Shown here piece after piece: positions 22,581 through 32,371 of a DNA stretch of 64,000 bases (position 1 is the stretch's first letter; each line of letters begins with the position of its first letter). Position numbers and translations under genes: made by a program. Under the pieces are notes generated by a model that made no database searches, was not told the DNA's origin, and saw nothing but the letters and a program-made list of their open reading frames with translations. Source of the DNA: Pseudothermotoga sp. (GTDB lineage Bacteria > Thermotogota > Thermotogae > Thermotogales > DSM-5069); assembly GCA_041640575.1 (NCBI GenBank), contig JBEPZZ010000005.1, forward strand, positions 1-64,000, written 5' to 3'.

Positions 22581-23429
22581 TTACATCTCCCCAAGCAGTG
22601 ATTTAACTAAGGCAATTTCCTTGCGGTACATGTCTTCTTCTTGAGGTGTTTCAAGGATTAGTGAGATTTTTCGAATTTCCTCGAAACTCAGAAAGCATTT
22701 GAAGCCTTCTATTCCTATAGTACCCTTGCCTATATTTTCATGACGGTCCAGTGGCTTACCAAGTGGTGCCTTGGAATCGTTAAGATGAATCATTTTAACG
22801 CGCCAAAAACCAACTTCTTGCTCTATTTCGTTCAGGAGTCTTTTGACACCATCTTTGTTTGTGATATCATATCCGGCATCAAAACCATGGCAGGTGTCAT
22901 AAGTGAGAAATACTCGAGAAGGTTTCGAAACTTTTTCTAAAATAGCCCTCATCTGTCTGAAATTGTAACCTATGTTCCCTCCCTTTGGGGATGTGTTTTC
23001 TAACAGAACATACACGTCTTCTATCTTTTGCAAGAACAGGTCCAAGGCCCTTGCTATGTTATCAATACCTATTTCCATTCCAGCACCCGTGTGACTGCCT
23101 GGATGAACGTTGAGATATTTAAGTCCCAAGGCTTCACAAATCTTTCCTTCAAGTATGAACAACTGAACAGATTTTTCCCAAACGTCTTTTTGCGGACTAG
23201 CCAGATTCATTAAAAAGCCTGTGTGACAAAACGCATCGTCAAAGGATATACCAAATTTTTTCATTTCCATCTTGAAGGCATCTGCAACTTGTTTGGGTGG
23301 GATTTTCGCACTCCAAGTTCTGGGACTATGTGGAAAAATTTGAAAAGCGTTTCCACCAGCTTCAGTAGTAATTCTTGGAACTTCCTCGAAACCATTAGAT
23401 ATTGGCATATGGGCGCCAATTCTTATCAT
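22581..23429 (-). CDS. nfo: Endonuclease IV
   Basis: IGAHM, HPGS, LLEN, DTCH, HLNDSK, DRHENIG, ILETP. Confidence 0.95.
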   Translation of the reverse strand: MIRIGAHMPISNGFEEVPRITTEAGGNAFQIFPHSPRTWSAKIPPKQVADAFKMEMKKFGISFDDAFCHTGFLMNLASPQKDVWEKSVQLFILEGKICEALGLKYLNVHPGSHTGAGMEIGIDNIARALDLFLQKIEDVYVLLENTSPKGGNIGYNFRQMRAILEKVSKPSRVFLTYDTCHGFDAGYDITNKDGVKRLLNEIEQEVGFWRVKMIHLNDSKAPLGKPLDRHENIGKGTIGIEGFKCFLSFEEIRKISLILETPQEEDMYRKEIALVKSLLGEM

Positions 23430-23472
23430 GCAGAATCACCAAAATGATGATAACATAATTGTGGTGATTGAA

Positions 23473-24261
23473 TTGATCTACATCGGCACAAGTGGTTACT
23501 CTTTCCAAGACTGGATTGGAACTGTCTATCCTAAGGATATGAAGAACTCTGATATGCTGACTTATTATTTTGGAGCGCTCGGTTTTAAAGCTGTTGAAAT
23601 CAATTACACATATTACAGATTGCCGAGTTATAAAACAACTGTATCGATGCTTCGAAAAACACCTTCAGACTTTGTTTTTACATTAAAGTTATCCGCCTCT
23701 GTGACGCATGAAGGATGGAAAAACTCCTCTATCCCACGTGAAGAACTAGGAAAAATTTTACAGGCAGTTCAGCCAATGATAGATGAAGGGCGCCTAAAAG
23801 CCTTTTTAGCGCAGTTTCCTTACAGTTTTAAATATAACAAACAAAACTTGGATTACCTGGTAAAGCTTAGACATGCAATAAACCAGCCTATAGCGGTGGA
23901 GTTCAGACACGCTTCATGGGACAATGAGGAGACCTTTGAACTTTTACGAAAGAATGATTTAATCTATGTCGTTGTTGATGAACCACAGATAAAATCTCTT
24001 TTCCCATACAAACCTCTATGGACGACTAAGATAGCATACTTTAGATTCCACGGCAGAAGTAAAGAGTGGTTCACTGCAGCCGAGGGTGAAAGATACAATT
24101 ATGACTATAGCGAAGAAGAACTTTCAAAGTTTGAGAGAGATATCGTCGCGATAAGCAAAGAAGTACAGGATGTATTTGCTTTCTTCAACAACTGTTACCG
24201 GGGAAAAGCTGTCAAAAATGCTCTTTCCTTAAGTAAGATGATTGAAAGAAAACTTTTCTGA
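23473..24261 (+). CDS. DUF72 (YecE-like) TIM-barrel protein
   Basis: IYIGTSGYS...W, EINYTYY, AQFP, EFRH.SW, YFRFHGR, FFNN; TTG start at 23473 preferred to the overlapping ATG 23428. Confidence 0.9.
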   Translation: MIYIGTSGYSFQDWIGTVYPKDMKNSDMLTYYFGALGFKAVEINYTYYRLPSYKTTVSMLRKTPSDFVFTLKLSASVTHEGWKNSSIPREELGKILQAVQPMIDEGRLKAFLAQFPYSFKYNKQNLDYLVKLRHAINQPIAVEFRHASWDNEETFELLRKNDLIYVVVDEPQIKSLFPYKPLWTTKIAYFRFHGRSKEWFTAAEGERYNYDYSEEELSKFERDIVAISKEVQDVFAFFNNCYRGKAVKNALSLSKMIERKLF

Positions 24262-24376
24262 ACTTTAAGTGTAATTTTTAGAACAAACTTACCAATCAGA
24301 AAGTCGCATGGTTACTCGTTTTCAGCTTTCTCCCATAAGGGGATTTAAAAAATTACTTTCAAAAATATTAGTTTGT

Positions 24377-24405
24377 TTGACGACTTTTCTCTTAATTCGT
24401 ATAAT
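24377..24405 (+). promoter_or_regulatory. sigma70 promoter of acpP
   Basis: TTGACG-N17-TATAAT. Confidence 0.85.
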
Positions 24406-24438
24406 AGCTGCGAACTATAACAACTTGGAGGGGTCAAA

Positions 24439-24678
24439 ATGAATAGGCAAGAAGTTCTCCAAAAAGTAACTAAGATCATAGCTGAAAAACTCGGGGTATC
24501 GGAATCTGAAGTTAAGGAAACAAGCAATCTCACAGAGGATTTAAACGCGGATTCGCTGGACTTAGTTGACCTTGTTATGGCAGTCGAAGAGAACTTTGCT
24601 GTCAAGATACAAGATTCAGATCTTGAGAAAATCTCCACTGTGAAGGATGTCGTGGATTATATCGTCTCCAAATCCTGA
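24439..24678 (+). CDS. acpP: Acyl carrier protein
   Basis: DLNADSLDLVDLVM phosphopantetheine motif; GGAGG SD. Confidence 0.96.
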   Translation: MNRQEVLQKVTKIIAEKLGVSESEVKETSNLTEDLNADSLDLVDLVMAVEENFAVKIQDSDLEKISTVKDVVDYIVSKS

Positions 24679-24695
24679 GGGGATTTCTCCCCTCA
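24676..24695. terminator. Hairpin between convergent genes
   Basis: TGAGGGGA-TTTC-TCCCCTCA; no clear U-tract. Confidence 0.5.
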
Positions 24696-25697
24696 TGAAA
24701 TTGAAAAGAAATAAAGTTCACCGCTGTCTGAGCAAAGAACAACAAAACTATTTCGGCCTGTCTGAACCATATCAATTGCGTAGGTTCCAACGTTAATGGT
24801 TTCGATTCTGTTGTTCAAAAGATCTATGAAGTAAAGTTCACCCGGAAGATGATTGAGGGCTATCAATTTTTTCCCCACATTTAAAATTTTGTGAGTAGTA
24901 CCAGCAAGCTTTATTTGCTTAATTAACTTTCCATCATGTGATACTAAGCTAATCACTGGATCCAACAAACTTGTCACAGCTATAAAATCATCGCTAACCA
25001 CAAAATCCCTGGCATAATCTGGTAAATTGATCCTCCAAAGTTCTTTGTCATCTTTTAAACACACCAGTATCCCATCTGTATATCCAAGCAAAAATTCTTT
25101 GTCAACGTGCTTGTAATACTTCAAAGGATTCCTCAAGTTTTTAAGACTTATCACTTGCCTTTTTGAGCCTTCTCTGATTTCAAATGTCTTATCGTTGTCG
25201 AAATAATACATGTAAAAAATCTTACCGTTCAAAACTTCAAAATATAGTGTGCTTGAATCAAAAGCCAACTTTTCCTCGACGACTTTTCTCCATATGTTTA
25301 TTTTGTACACAGAATTATCACCGGAACATACAACATAAACGTTGTCTCTAAAAACTCTCAAAGTTGTTGGATATCGACCCACATCGATCCTTTTCAAGAA
25401 AGCACCAGACGTGGTGTAAACCATAACGCTTGATCGGTAATAATCAGAAACATAAACCATTCCAGCGACATGGATAGCACTCACCGGATAAGACAAATTC
25501 AGCGTTATTTCACTCAATAGCATGCCGCTTTCATCAAAGACCAAAACCGATGCGGGTTTCGAGCGAACCAAGCACAGGATTCCGTCATTAAACGACAACC
25601 TACTATAACCTTCTGATATTTTCACGATTCTGAAATTGTAAGCAAATGATGAAACGAAAATTAGTAAGATGAACAGAAGCAAAACCTTATTCTTCAA
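24693..25697 (-). CDS. Secreted beta-propeller protein (YncE/YVTN-like)
   Basis: Signal peptide; repeats such as IDVGRYP, VYVSDY, VYVVCSG, INVGTY. Confidence 0.7.
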   Translation of the reverse strand: MKNKVLLLFILLIFVSSFAYNFRIVKISEGYSRLSFNDGILCLVRSKPASVLVFDESGMLLSEITLNLSYPVSAIHVAGMVYVSDYYRSSVMVYTTSGAFLKRIDVGRYPTTLRVFRDNVYVVCSGDNSVYKINIWRKVVEEKLAFDSSTLYFEVLNGKIFYMYYFDNDKTFEIREGSKRQVISLKNLRNPLKYYKHVDKEFLLGYTDGILVCLKDDKELWRINLPDYARDFVVSDDFIAVTSLLDPVISLVSHDGKLIKQIKLAGTTHKILNVGKKLIALNHLPGELYFIDLLNNRIETINVGTYAIDMVQTGRNSFVVLCSDSGELYFFSIS

Positions 25698-26602
25698 ATT
25701 CTATATGCCCCCGCCAGTACGATTAGCGCGAAAACGACATTCAGTAATGAGAAGATCTGAACCACTCTCTCTTCGTTCCAACCAAGTAGTTCAAAATGAT
25801 GGTGCAATGGCGACATTTTGAAAACGCGACGCTTGAATAATTTGTAACTGAGAACTTGTATCATTACGCTCAAAACTTCTGCTATAAAGATAGGTGACAG
25901 AAGCACTAAAAAGAGTTCGGTCTTTGTCCTCACGGCAATTGCGGCAAGCAAACCACCTAAGGCGAGCGCACCAGTATCGCCCATGAAAATTTTTGCGGGT
26001 TTTATGTTGTACAACAAGAATGCAGCAACAGTCATAATACTGTAGAGCAATGAATCAGCCTCAAAATTGAGAAGAACCCAGTAAGGGAAAGCAGTAAGAA
26101 TATAAACTGTTCCAGCAAGACCATCGAGACCATCTGTCAGATTGACAGCATTACTGAAACCACTTATCAAAAACGCTGCAAAAACTGGGTAAAACCATCC
26201 AAGATCAATTTTTCCTATCCAGGGTACAATAACGTAATGAGCCGGCTTTATAATCAGATATAAGACCAGTGAGAAAATAACTTGTAATAGGAACTTCTGC
26301 CATGCTCTTAGCCCCAAAGATTTCTTACGGCGTATACTTAAGAAGTCATCTAAGAAACCAATTATTCCAAACATACCAAGCGATAATGCATCCACATAAA
26401 AGCCAGATGCCAAACATCCTATTGCTGCTATTGATACAAAGAGTACACCCCCCATCGTTGGTGTTCCAGCTTTGTAGTTATGAAGATCAGGCCCTTCTTC
26501 CCTTATAAACTGACCTACTTTCCATTTTTTAAAAGCTTTAATGAGAAATGGATAAGAGAAAACGACCAGGATGAACATTAGCAAGGATTTGAGCATCCAC
26601 AT
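25694..26602 (-). CDS. mraY: Phospho-N-acetylmuramoyl-pentapeptide transferase
   Basis: GTPTMGG, GFLDD, NAVNLTDGLDGLA, FMGDTG, PLHHHFE. Confidence 0.97.
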   Translation of the reverse strand: MWMLKSLLMFILVVFSYPFLIKAFKKWKVGQFIREEGPDLHNYKAGTPTMGGVLFVSIAAIGCLASGFYVDALSLGMFGIIGFLDDFLSIRRKKSLGLRAWQKFLLQVIFSLVLYLIIKPAHYVIVPWIGKIDLGWFYPVFAAFLISGFSNAVNLTDGLDGLAGTVYILTAFPYWVLLNFEADSLLYSIMTVAAFLLYNIKPAKIFMGDTGALALGGLLAAIAVRTKTELFLVLLSPIFIAEVLSVMIQVLSYKLFKRRVFKMSPLHHHFELLGWNEERVVQIFSLLNVVFALIVLAGAYRI

Positions 26603-27864
26603 ACCTCCAAGAATCTTTGCAGGACTTTCTCCATTTCAATGGCTCTCGAAGCTTTGAATAATACGGCATCACCAGTAGTGAGAACTCTGCACAGTGAATC
26701 AACAATTCTCTCGATATCGGAAGTTCTGAGGATCTCCTTTGAGCACCTCATCACTTCGATTTCATGGTCTTTAGTGTAGACAAATACCCCATCTATCTGC
26801 TCTAAAATTCTGCCAAGTTCCAGATGTGTCTTTTCAGAAAAAACTCCTTGTTCTTTTATTGATCCAACAACTGCGAAAGTTCTTTTTCCAATCCTCTTTA
26901 TAGTATCAACAGCGACTTGGAAAGATTCCAAACTCGCATTGTAACTGTCGTCGAAAACATAAACACCTTTACATTCAACGCATTTGAACCTTCCAGACAT
27001 AGGGGTGAAATTCTTGAGTCGCTCAATATTGATATGAAAGCCCAGAGTATCAACGACAGCGAAAGCAGCTGCAAGGTTTGTCAGCTGGCCAACATTAAAG
27101 ACATAAGGCAACTCTACCTCAACATTTGTTTTCCTCAAAGAATACCTTGCACGTGTTTTCAAACCGAAATATTCAAAGGAGAGTAATTGGTAATCACCCT
27201 TTAAATAGCCAAAAGTGACGAAATTCTTACCAACTAGTTTAGAAACAAAGCGCTCATCCTCAAGAACAACAGCCGTGCCATCGAGCATCATGTTTTCAAT
27301 TATCTCAAACTTTCCGCGCAGAATTGCTTCTTCGCCTCCGGCGATTCCGCGGTGCGCGGTACCAGCGTTTAGCAAAACTGCTATTTTTGGTTTGACTATT
27401 TCACATAATTTTGCTATGTCTCCGACCTTGTTCATTGCCATTTCAAGGATCACTATTCTCTGACCAGAATAATCATTAAGTATTGACAAAGGAAGGCCAA
27501 TTTCTGTGTTCAAATTACCAGCATTTCGAAAAGCATCAAGAGGTTCAAGAAGGTGAAAGATAATTTCTTTTGTCATTGTTTTGCCATTTGAACCTGTTAT
27601 ACCTATAACTAACGGATTACTTCTCAACAATTTTTCGCGTGCGGCATGAACAAGAAAATTAGAAGTGCTTGGAACTACTAACAACTTATCTAAAGGAGCA
27701 TCAACATTCTTCTCGACAACAGCCAATTTCGCGCCTTTTTCTAATGCTTCTTTTACATAAAGATGTCCATCTGTTTTTTCACCTTTAAGAGCAACAAAAA
27801 CACAGCCCGGAACAATCTTTCTCGAATCAATTACGAAAGTTGCGTTATGCAAAAGCTCAATCAT
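26578..27864 (-). CDS. murF: UDP-MurNAc-tripeptide D-Ala-D-Ala ligase
   Basis: DSR, GITGSNGKT, NLNTEIGLP, DDSYNAS, LFKASR. Confidence 0.95.
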   Translation of the reverse strand: MIELLHNATFVIDSRKIVPGCVFVALKGEKTDGHLYVKEALEKGAKLAVVEKNVDAPLDKLLVVPSTSNFLVHAAREKLLRSNPLVIGITGSNGKTMTKEIIFHLLEPLDAFRNAGNLNTEIGLPLSILNDYSGQRIVILEMAMNKVGDIAKLCEIVKPKIAVLLNAGTAHRGIAGGEEAILRGKFEIIENMMLDGTAVVLEDERFVSKLVGKNFVTFGYLKGDYQLLSFEYFGLKTRARYSLRKTNVEVELPYVFNVGQLTNLAAAFAVVDTLGFHINIERLKNFTPMSGRFKCVECKGVYVFDDSYNASLESFQVAVDTIKRIGKRTFAVVGSIKEQGVFSEKTHLELGRILEQIDGVFVYTKDHEIEVMRCSKEILRTSDIERIVDSLCRVLTTGDAVLFKASRAIEMEKVLQRFLEVCGCSNPC

Positions 27865-29338
27865 AACCTTTTCCTTTCTCGGTTACTTTTTTGATCAGAT
27901 TCCTTACAACTTCAGCATCTTTGAACGGTATCTTTTTTTCGTCGCTAAAGATTTGGTATTCTTCGTGGCCTCTGCCGGCTATTATTATCATATCGCCACG
28001 GTTGGCTATCGTCAGAGCAGTTTCAATCGCTTCTAACCTGTCATTTATCAAAAGGTAAGGGCAGCCTGAGGTCACGCCACGCTCAACTTGCAAAAGGATC
28101 TCGTCCGGATCTTCCCCTCTCGGATCATCAGTAGTGATAATCGTTACATCAGAATATTTGCAGACAATCTCAGCCATCATAGGTCTTTTGCCTTTGTCCG
28201 CTTGTCCGCCTGCTCCAAAAACGGTTATTACTCTACCAGAGGCTAATCTTCGTGCAGTTATCAAGGTCTTTTCAAGAGCATCAGGGCTATGTGCAAAGTC
28301 TACAACAACATCTACACCGAGTAAACTAGCTTCGGGAATATATTGGAATCTGCCTTCAACGCCTGGAAAAGTCTTCACAGTCTCTACAACAGCAATAGGG
28401 TCATAACCTATTTCTATCAAGCCAGCAATCACAAGCGATGCATTGTAAACAAAGTGAATCCCAGGCTGACTGATTTGACAGTTGAAAGAACCAAAACGTG
28501 TTGATAGCTTAAACTTAGTCCTATATCTTTCTACTTCAACATCTGAGATTTTATAATGACTTTTTGTCGAGAAACCGTAGACCACTTTTTTAACCCTTTT
28601 ATTCAGCAAATGTTCGTATTCATCACTTATCAGTGCTACACCATTGTCCTTTACCAAATCGAAAATGTGAAGCTTGGTTCTAACATAATCATCGAAATTC
28701 TGATGATAATCCAAATGGTCTCTTGTTATATTTGTAAGACCAACTATATCAAATTTAATCGACTCAACTCTTTTCATCGCTAAAGCATGGGAAGATACTT
28801 CCATTGCAAAATATGTCCCATTTCTTTGAACAGTTTTTGCCATCGCTGACAAAGTAGTTATGGAATCCGGTGTGGTGTTGTCAAAATGGAAAGGTTTTTC
28901 ACCCAAAATGTCGTAAACAACTGTACCGATCATGCTTCCTTTTAATCCCAGCTGGTTTAAAACATGATGAAACAAGTGAACACACGTGGTTTTCCCATTA
29001 GTTCCTGTAACACCAATTGTCAAAAGCTTCTTGTAAGGTTTATCGTAAAATTCAGCGGCTAGGATCGATTCAACGAATCTACTGTCGGGGACAATTACAT
29101 GGGGGACTTTGCACGGTACAGGTCTTTCCATCACGATCAAGGCGGGATCTTTTTTCGCGATTTCTGATACTAGTTCATGCGAGTCAAATTTACTTCCCTT
29201 GTGGCAAATGAAGATGTAACCTGGTTTAACATGCGCCGAATGGTTAGTGATTCCAAGGATCTCTCTATCCAAAGCACCATCCAACGAAGCGTTAGTTATC
29301 ATTTTATCTATCACAGCGATGATATTTCTCACGAGCAT
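27857..29338 (-). CDS. murE: UDP-MurNAc-L-Ala-D-Glu amino-acid ligase (lysine-adding type)
   Basis: GVTGTNGKTT, MEVSSH, DHLDYH, DFAHSPD, DDPR, AGRGHE. Confidence 0.96.
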   Translation of the reverse strand: MLVRNIIAVIDKMITNASLDGALDREILGITNHSAHVKPGYIFICHKGSKFDSHELVSEIAKKDPALIVMERPVPCKVPHVIVPDSRFVESILAAEFYDKPYKKLLTIGVTGTNGKTTCVHLFHHVLNQLGLKGSMIGTVVYDILGEKPFHFDNTTPDSITTLSAMAKTVQRNGTYFAMEVSSHALAMKRVESIKFDIVGLTNITRDHLDYHQNFDDYVRTKLHIFDLVKDNGVALISDEYEHLLNKRVKKVVYGFSTKSHYKISDVEVERYRTKFKLSTRFGSFNCQISQPGIHFVYNASLVIAGLIEIGYDPIAVVETVKTFPGVEGRFQYIPEASLLGVDVVVDFAHSPDALEKTLITARRLASGRVITVFGAGGQADKGKRPMMAEIVCKYSDVTIITTDDPRGEDPDEILLQVERGVTSGCPYLLINDRLEAIETALTIANRGDMIIIAGRGHEEYQIFSDEKKIPFKDAEVVRNLIKKVTEKGKGYD

Positions 29339-29377
29339 TGGATCACCTCAGAGAAATTTTAACACCGAGTTACTGGC

Positions 29378-29406
29378 TTGACAAGCTTACGAAAAAGTGA
29401 TAGGCT
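29378..29406 (+). promoter_or_regulatory. sigma70 promoter of the hrcA operon
   Basis: TTGACA-N17-TAGGCT with TGn extension. Confidence 0.8.
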
Positions 29407-29410
29407 AAAA

Positions 29411-29437
29411 TTAGCACTCAGTTAAAGAGAGTGATAA
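29411..29437 (+). promoter_or_regulatory. CIRCE operator (HrcA site)
   Basis: TTAGCACTC-N9-GAGTGATAA, one mismatch to TTAGCACTC-N9-GAGTGCTAA. Confidence 0.93.
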
Positions 29438-29438
29438 T

Positions 29439-30467
29439 ATGAAAAGGGGTTCGAGAATAAACGAAAGGCAAAAGAAAGTGCTTTACTGTGCAATTCGCGA
29501 ATATATTTTGACTAAGAAGCCCGTGAGCTCCGAGAAGATTCTCGAAGCCTCGGATATCAATTGTAGTGGTGCAACGATCAGAAATGACCTTAGAAGATTG
29601 GAATACCTTGGTTACTTACGACAGCCACACACTTCTGCCGGAAGAATTCCAACAGATAAAGGCTACAAGTTCTACGTAGAAGAAACTTTAAAACTGATGA
29701 AGGAGTATTTCCGGCCTTCAGTTTCAATTCATTCTAGTTATCCTATGACTTTTGGAGATATGGAGAAAATCCTCGATGGAGCAGCTCTAGCATTGTCAAG
29801 AGTCACACGTGGTGCTGTAATTCTAGAAAAACCTGGAATCGATAAACTTAGAATTATAAGAGTTCTTGTTATTCCAATAACAAAACAATATCACATCGTA
29901 TCTGTATTGACCGAGTTTGGATTCGTAAAGTTTATGCCTTTCCGAACTCTTGAAAGAATTGACACCGAAAAATTTGAGAAAGTTTTGAACGACCTTCTAG
30001 TAGGCCATAGTCTTGAACAACTAGCTCTAAGAAGAATCGAAGGAATATTCAACAACGAACTCATAGACATGGCTGAAAGTTTGATGAAATCGTTAACGGA
30101 AGATTTTCGAAGTTCAATTATTAAGGTTGGACTTGATGCACTAATAAACAGTGAAGACTTTAACATCCAGGAGATAAGAAAAGTATCTAAACTTTTTTCT
30201 GAGGATACACTGCTTAAGAGATATTTGGATCAGGTCCAGAACCTTCCACAAGTACTCATTGGTTCTGAGCACGGTATTGAGGGACTAGAGAATTTTGCCT
30301 TTTTCATAGATGACTACAAGAAGGAAAACACAAGCATTGGCAAGGTCATGGTCATAACGTCAAAGATAGTAAAATACGAAGAGATATTCTCTTCGTTGAA
30401 ATATATGACCAGCAGATTAACTGAATACTTCACACTGGCAGTGAGAAAGGAGGTTTCAGAGCAATGA
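29439..30467 (+). CDS. hrcA: Heat-inducible transcription repressor
   Basis: PVSS, ATIRNDL, QPHTSAGRIPTDKGYKFYV; CIRCE upstream. Confidence 0.95.
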   Translation: MKRGSRINERQKKVLYCAIREYILTKKPVSSEKILEASDINCSGATIRNDLRRLEYLGYLRQPHTSAGRIPTDKGYKFYVEETLKLMKEYFRPSVSIHSSYPMTFGDMEKILDGAALALSRVTRGAVILEKPGIDKLRIIRVLVIPITKQYHIVSVLTEFGFVKFMPFRTLERIDTEKFEKVLNDLLVGHSLEQLALRRIEGIFNNELIDMAESLMKSLTEDFRSSIIKVGLDALINSEDFNIQEIRKVSKLFSEDTLLKRYLDQVQNLPQVLIGSEHGIEGLENFAFFIDDYKKENTSIGKVMVITSKIVKYEEIFSSLKYMTSRLTEYFTLAVRKEVSEQ

Positions 30468-31015
30468 ATGAAAAGGAAAACATTAGAGCTGATGAGAAAA
30501 ACAACGTTGAAAGAACGGAAACTTTTGAAACAAACCAACTGAAACTGGAAGAACTTCAAAGAGAAAACGATAGATTAACAAAAGCTATCAAAGAGCTTGC
30601 AGCTGAATATGAAAATTTCAGAAGAGACTCTCTTCGAGACAGAGAGCAGATATTGAAGAATGCCAACGAATATCTGTTGACGAAGATGATACCCGTTTTG
30701 GACGATTTCGAAAGAGTGCTTGAAAACTCAAAATCGTCTCAATCTGCAAGCTCATTACGAAAAGCCGTTGAAATGGTTTACAAGAAATTATGGAAGGTTT
30801 TGAACGATGAGGGGTTCTTCAAAATAGAGCCAAAGGCCACATTTGATCCGTTCGAACACGAAGCTGTGGAAAGGGTAGAAACAAACGAGTACGAAGAGTT
30901 TGCAATAATCAAAGTGATTGAGAATGGGTACAAGTATCGGAATAAGGTTGTTAAACCAGTGAAAGTACAAGTAGCGGTTAGACCAAGAGGTGACCAAGGT
31001 GCCAAGACAGAGTAA
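30464..31015 (+). CDS. grpE: Nucleotide exchange factor GrpE
   Basis: [30 protein letters not shown]. Confidence 0.95.
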   Translation: MNEKENIRADEKNNVERTETFETNQLKLEELQRENDRLTKAIKELAAEYENFRRDSLRDREQILKNANEYLLTKMIPVLDDFERVLENSKSSQSASSLRKAVEMVYKKLWKVLNDEGFFKIEPKATFDPFEHEAVERVETNEYEEFAIIKVIENGYKYRNKVVKPVKVQVAVRPRGDQGAKTE

Positions 31016-32105
31016 AGATTACTATGCTATTTTGGGTGTTCCGAGAGATGCCTCACAAGAAGACATAAAAAAATCTTACCGAAAACTCATAAAACAATGG
31101 CATCCTGACCTGCACCCTGAAAACAAAAAAGAAGCCGAGGAAAAATTCAAGGAAATACAGGAAGCCTATGAAGTTTTAAGTGACCCGCAGAAAAGAGCGA
31201 TGTACGACAGGTTTGGCTACATAGGCGAACCTGAGTTTCAGCAACAGACAACAGGAACAGGTTTTGAGGACATTTTCAAAGATTTTGAGAGTTTCTTTGG
31301 CCGTGATATATTCGATATTTTCTTTGGTGAACGTGGTACGGAAGAACGACAGCAAACTAGAAGAAGACCAGGTGAGGATATCTCAATAACTCTGGAAATT
31401 AGTTTTGCCGAAGCCGTAACTGGAAAGCAAGTACCTATTGAATATGATCGATATGAAAAGTGTGAACATTGTGATGGAAGTGGTGTAGAACCAGGCAGTG
31501 GTTACCAGACTTGTCCAAAGTGCCGAGGAGCTGGTGTCATACGTGAAGAAAGAAGAAGTATATTCGGAGTTTTCGTAAGTACAACGACTTGTAACACATG
31601 TGGTGGAACTGGGAAGGTTATAAAAGAAAGGTGTCACGTTTGTGGTGGAACAGGACGAGTAAAGCGAAGATACAGAACGGTTTTGAACATTCCAGCTGGC
31701 GTAAGTGATGGAACTCGAATAAGAGTTGACGGCGGTGGTAATGCTGGATACAATGGTGGAGGATACGGGGCTTTATACGTAACGGTTCATGTCAAGCCTG
31801 ACAAGCGATTCAAGAGGCAAGATGACGATATTCTGACGGACATAAATATTGACTATGTGGAAGCACTACTTGGTACAACAGTCAAAATAGATTTACCAAC
31901 AGGTGACTCAACTATGCTCAAAATACCACCTTCGACCCAACCAGGAACGGTTTTCAGGTTGAAAGGCTTTGGATTCTATTCACCACGAACTGGTAGAAGA
32001 GGCGATTTACTTGTAACTGTTAACTTAAAGTTCCCTGAAAAGCTCTCACCAAAAGAACAAGAGCTCCTGAAAGAACTTGCGAAGTTAAGAGGGCTTAACT
32101 TATAG
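30999..32105 (+). CDS. dnaJ: Chaperone DnaJ
   Basis: J domain with HPD and four CxxCxGxG repeats; GTG 30999 after GAGGTGA. Confidence 0.97.
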   Translation: MPRQSKDYYAILGVPRDASQEDIKKSYRKLIKQWHPDLHPENKKEAEEKFKEIQEAYEVLSDPQKRAMYDRFGYIGEPEFQQQTTGTGFEDIFKDFESFFGRDIFDIFFGERGTEERQQTRRRPGEDISITLEISFAEAVTGKQVPIEYDRYEKCEHCDGSGVEPGSGYQTCPKCRGAGVIREERRSIFGVFVSTTTCNTCGGTGKVIKERCHVCGGTGRVKRRYRTVLNIPAGVSDGTRIRVDGGGNAGYNGGGYGALYVTVHVKPDKRFKRQDDDILTDINIDYVEALLGTTVKIDLPTGDSTMLKIPPSTQPGTVFRLKGFGFYSPRTGRRGDLLVTVNLKFPEKLSPKEQELLKELAKLRGLNL

Positions 32106-32274
32106 TCGAAAAATCGCGTGAGACTAATTTGACAAACTGCTAAAGGAAGATTAAGAGACAGCTTGAAGTGCAGATATTTACTGATTCTAGATGCTTTTTA
32201 CCAAAAATGTCGACATATCTGTTGTTTCCTCTTAAAATCTTATGCTTTCTTCATCTTCCTTTACCTTCCGATCC

Positions 32275-32336
32275 TTGACTTGTTAAGTTTGTTGTATTAA
32301 TATTTCTTCAGAATTAATTCATGTTACGATAAAAAT
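32275..32336 (+). promoter_or_regulatory. Promoter plus candidate ROK-repressor operator of the sugar ABC operon
   Basis: TTGACT-N17-TAATAT, then imperfect palindrome AATTAATTC-ATGTTAC-GATAAAAAT (32312-32336) just downstream. Confidence 0.6.
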
Positions 32337-32371
32337 CTCTCCCAGTCCATGGGGGTAAAAGGAGGGATACC

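Noticed and set aside
23428..23472. Apparent head-to-head overlap of nfo and DUF72 start codons
   Set aside because: Family motif begins at IYIGTSG, and a TTG with a GGTGA SD at 23473 removes the overlap
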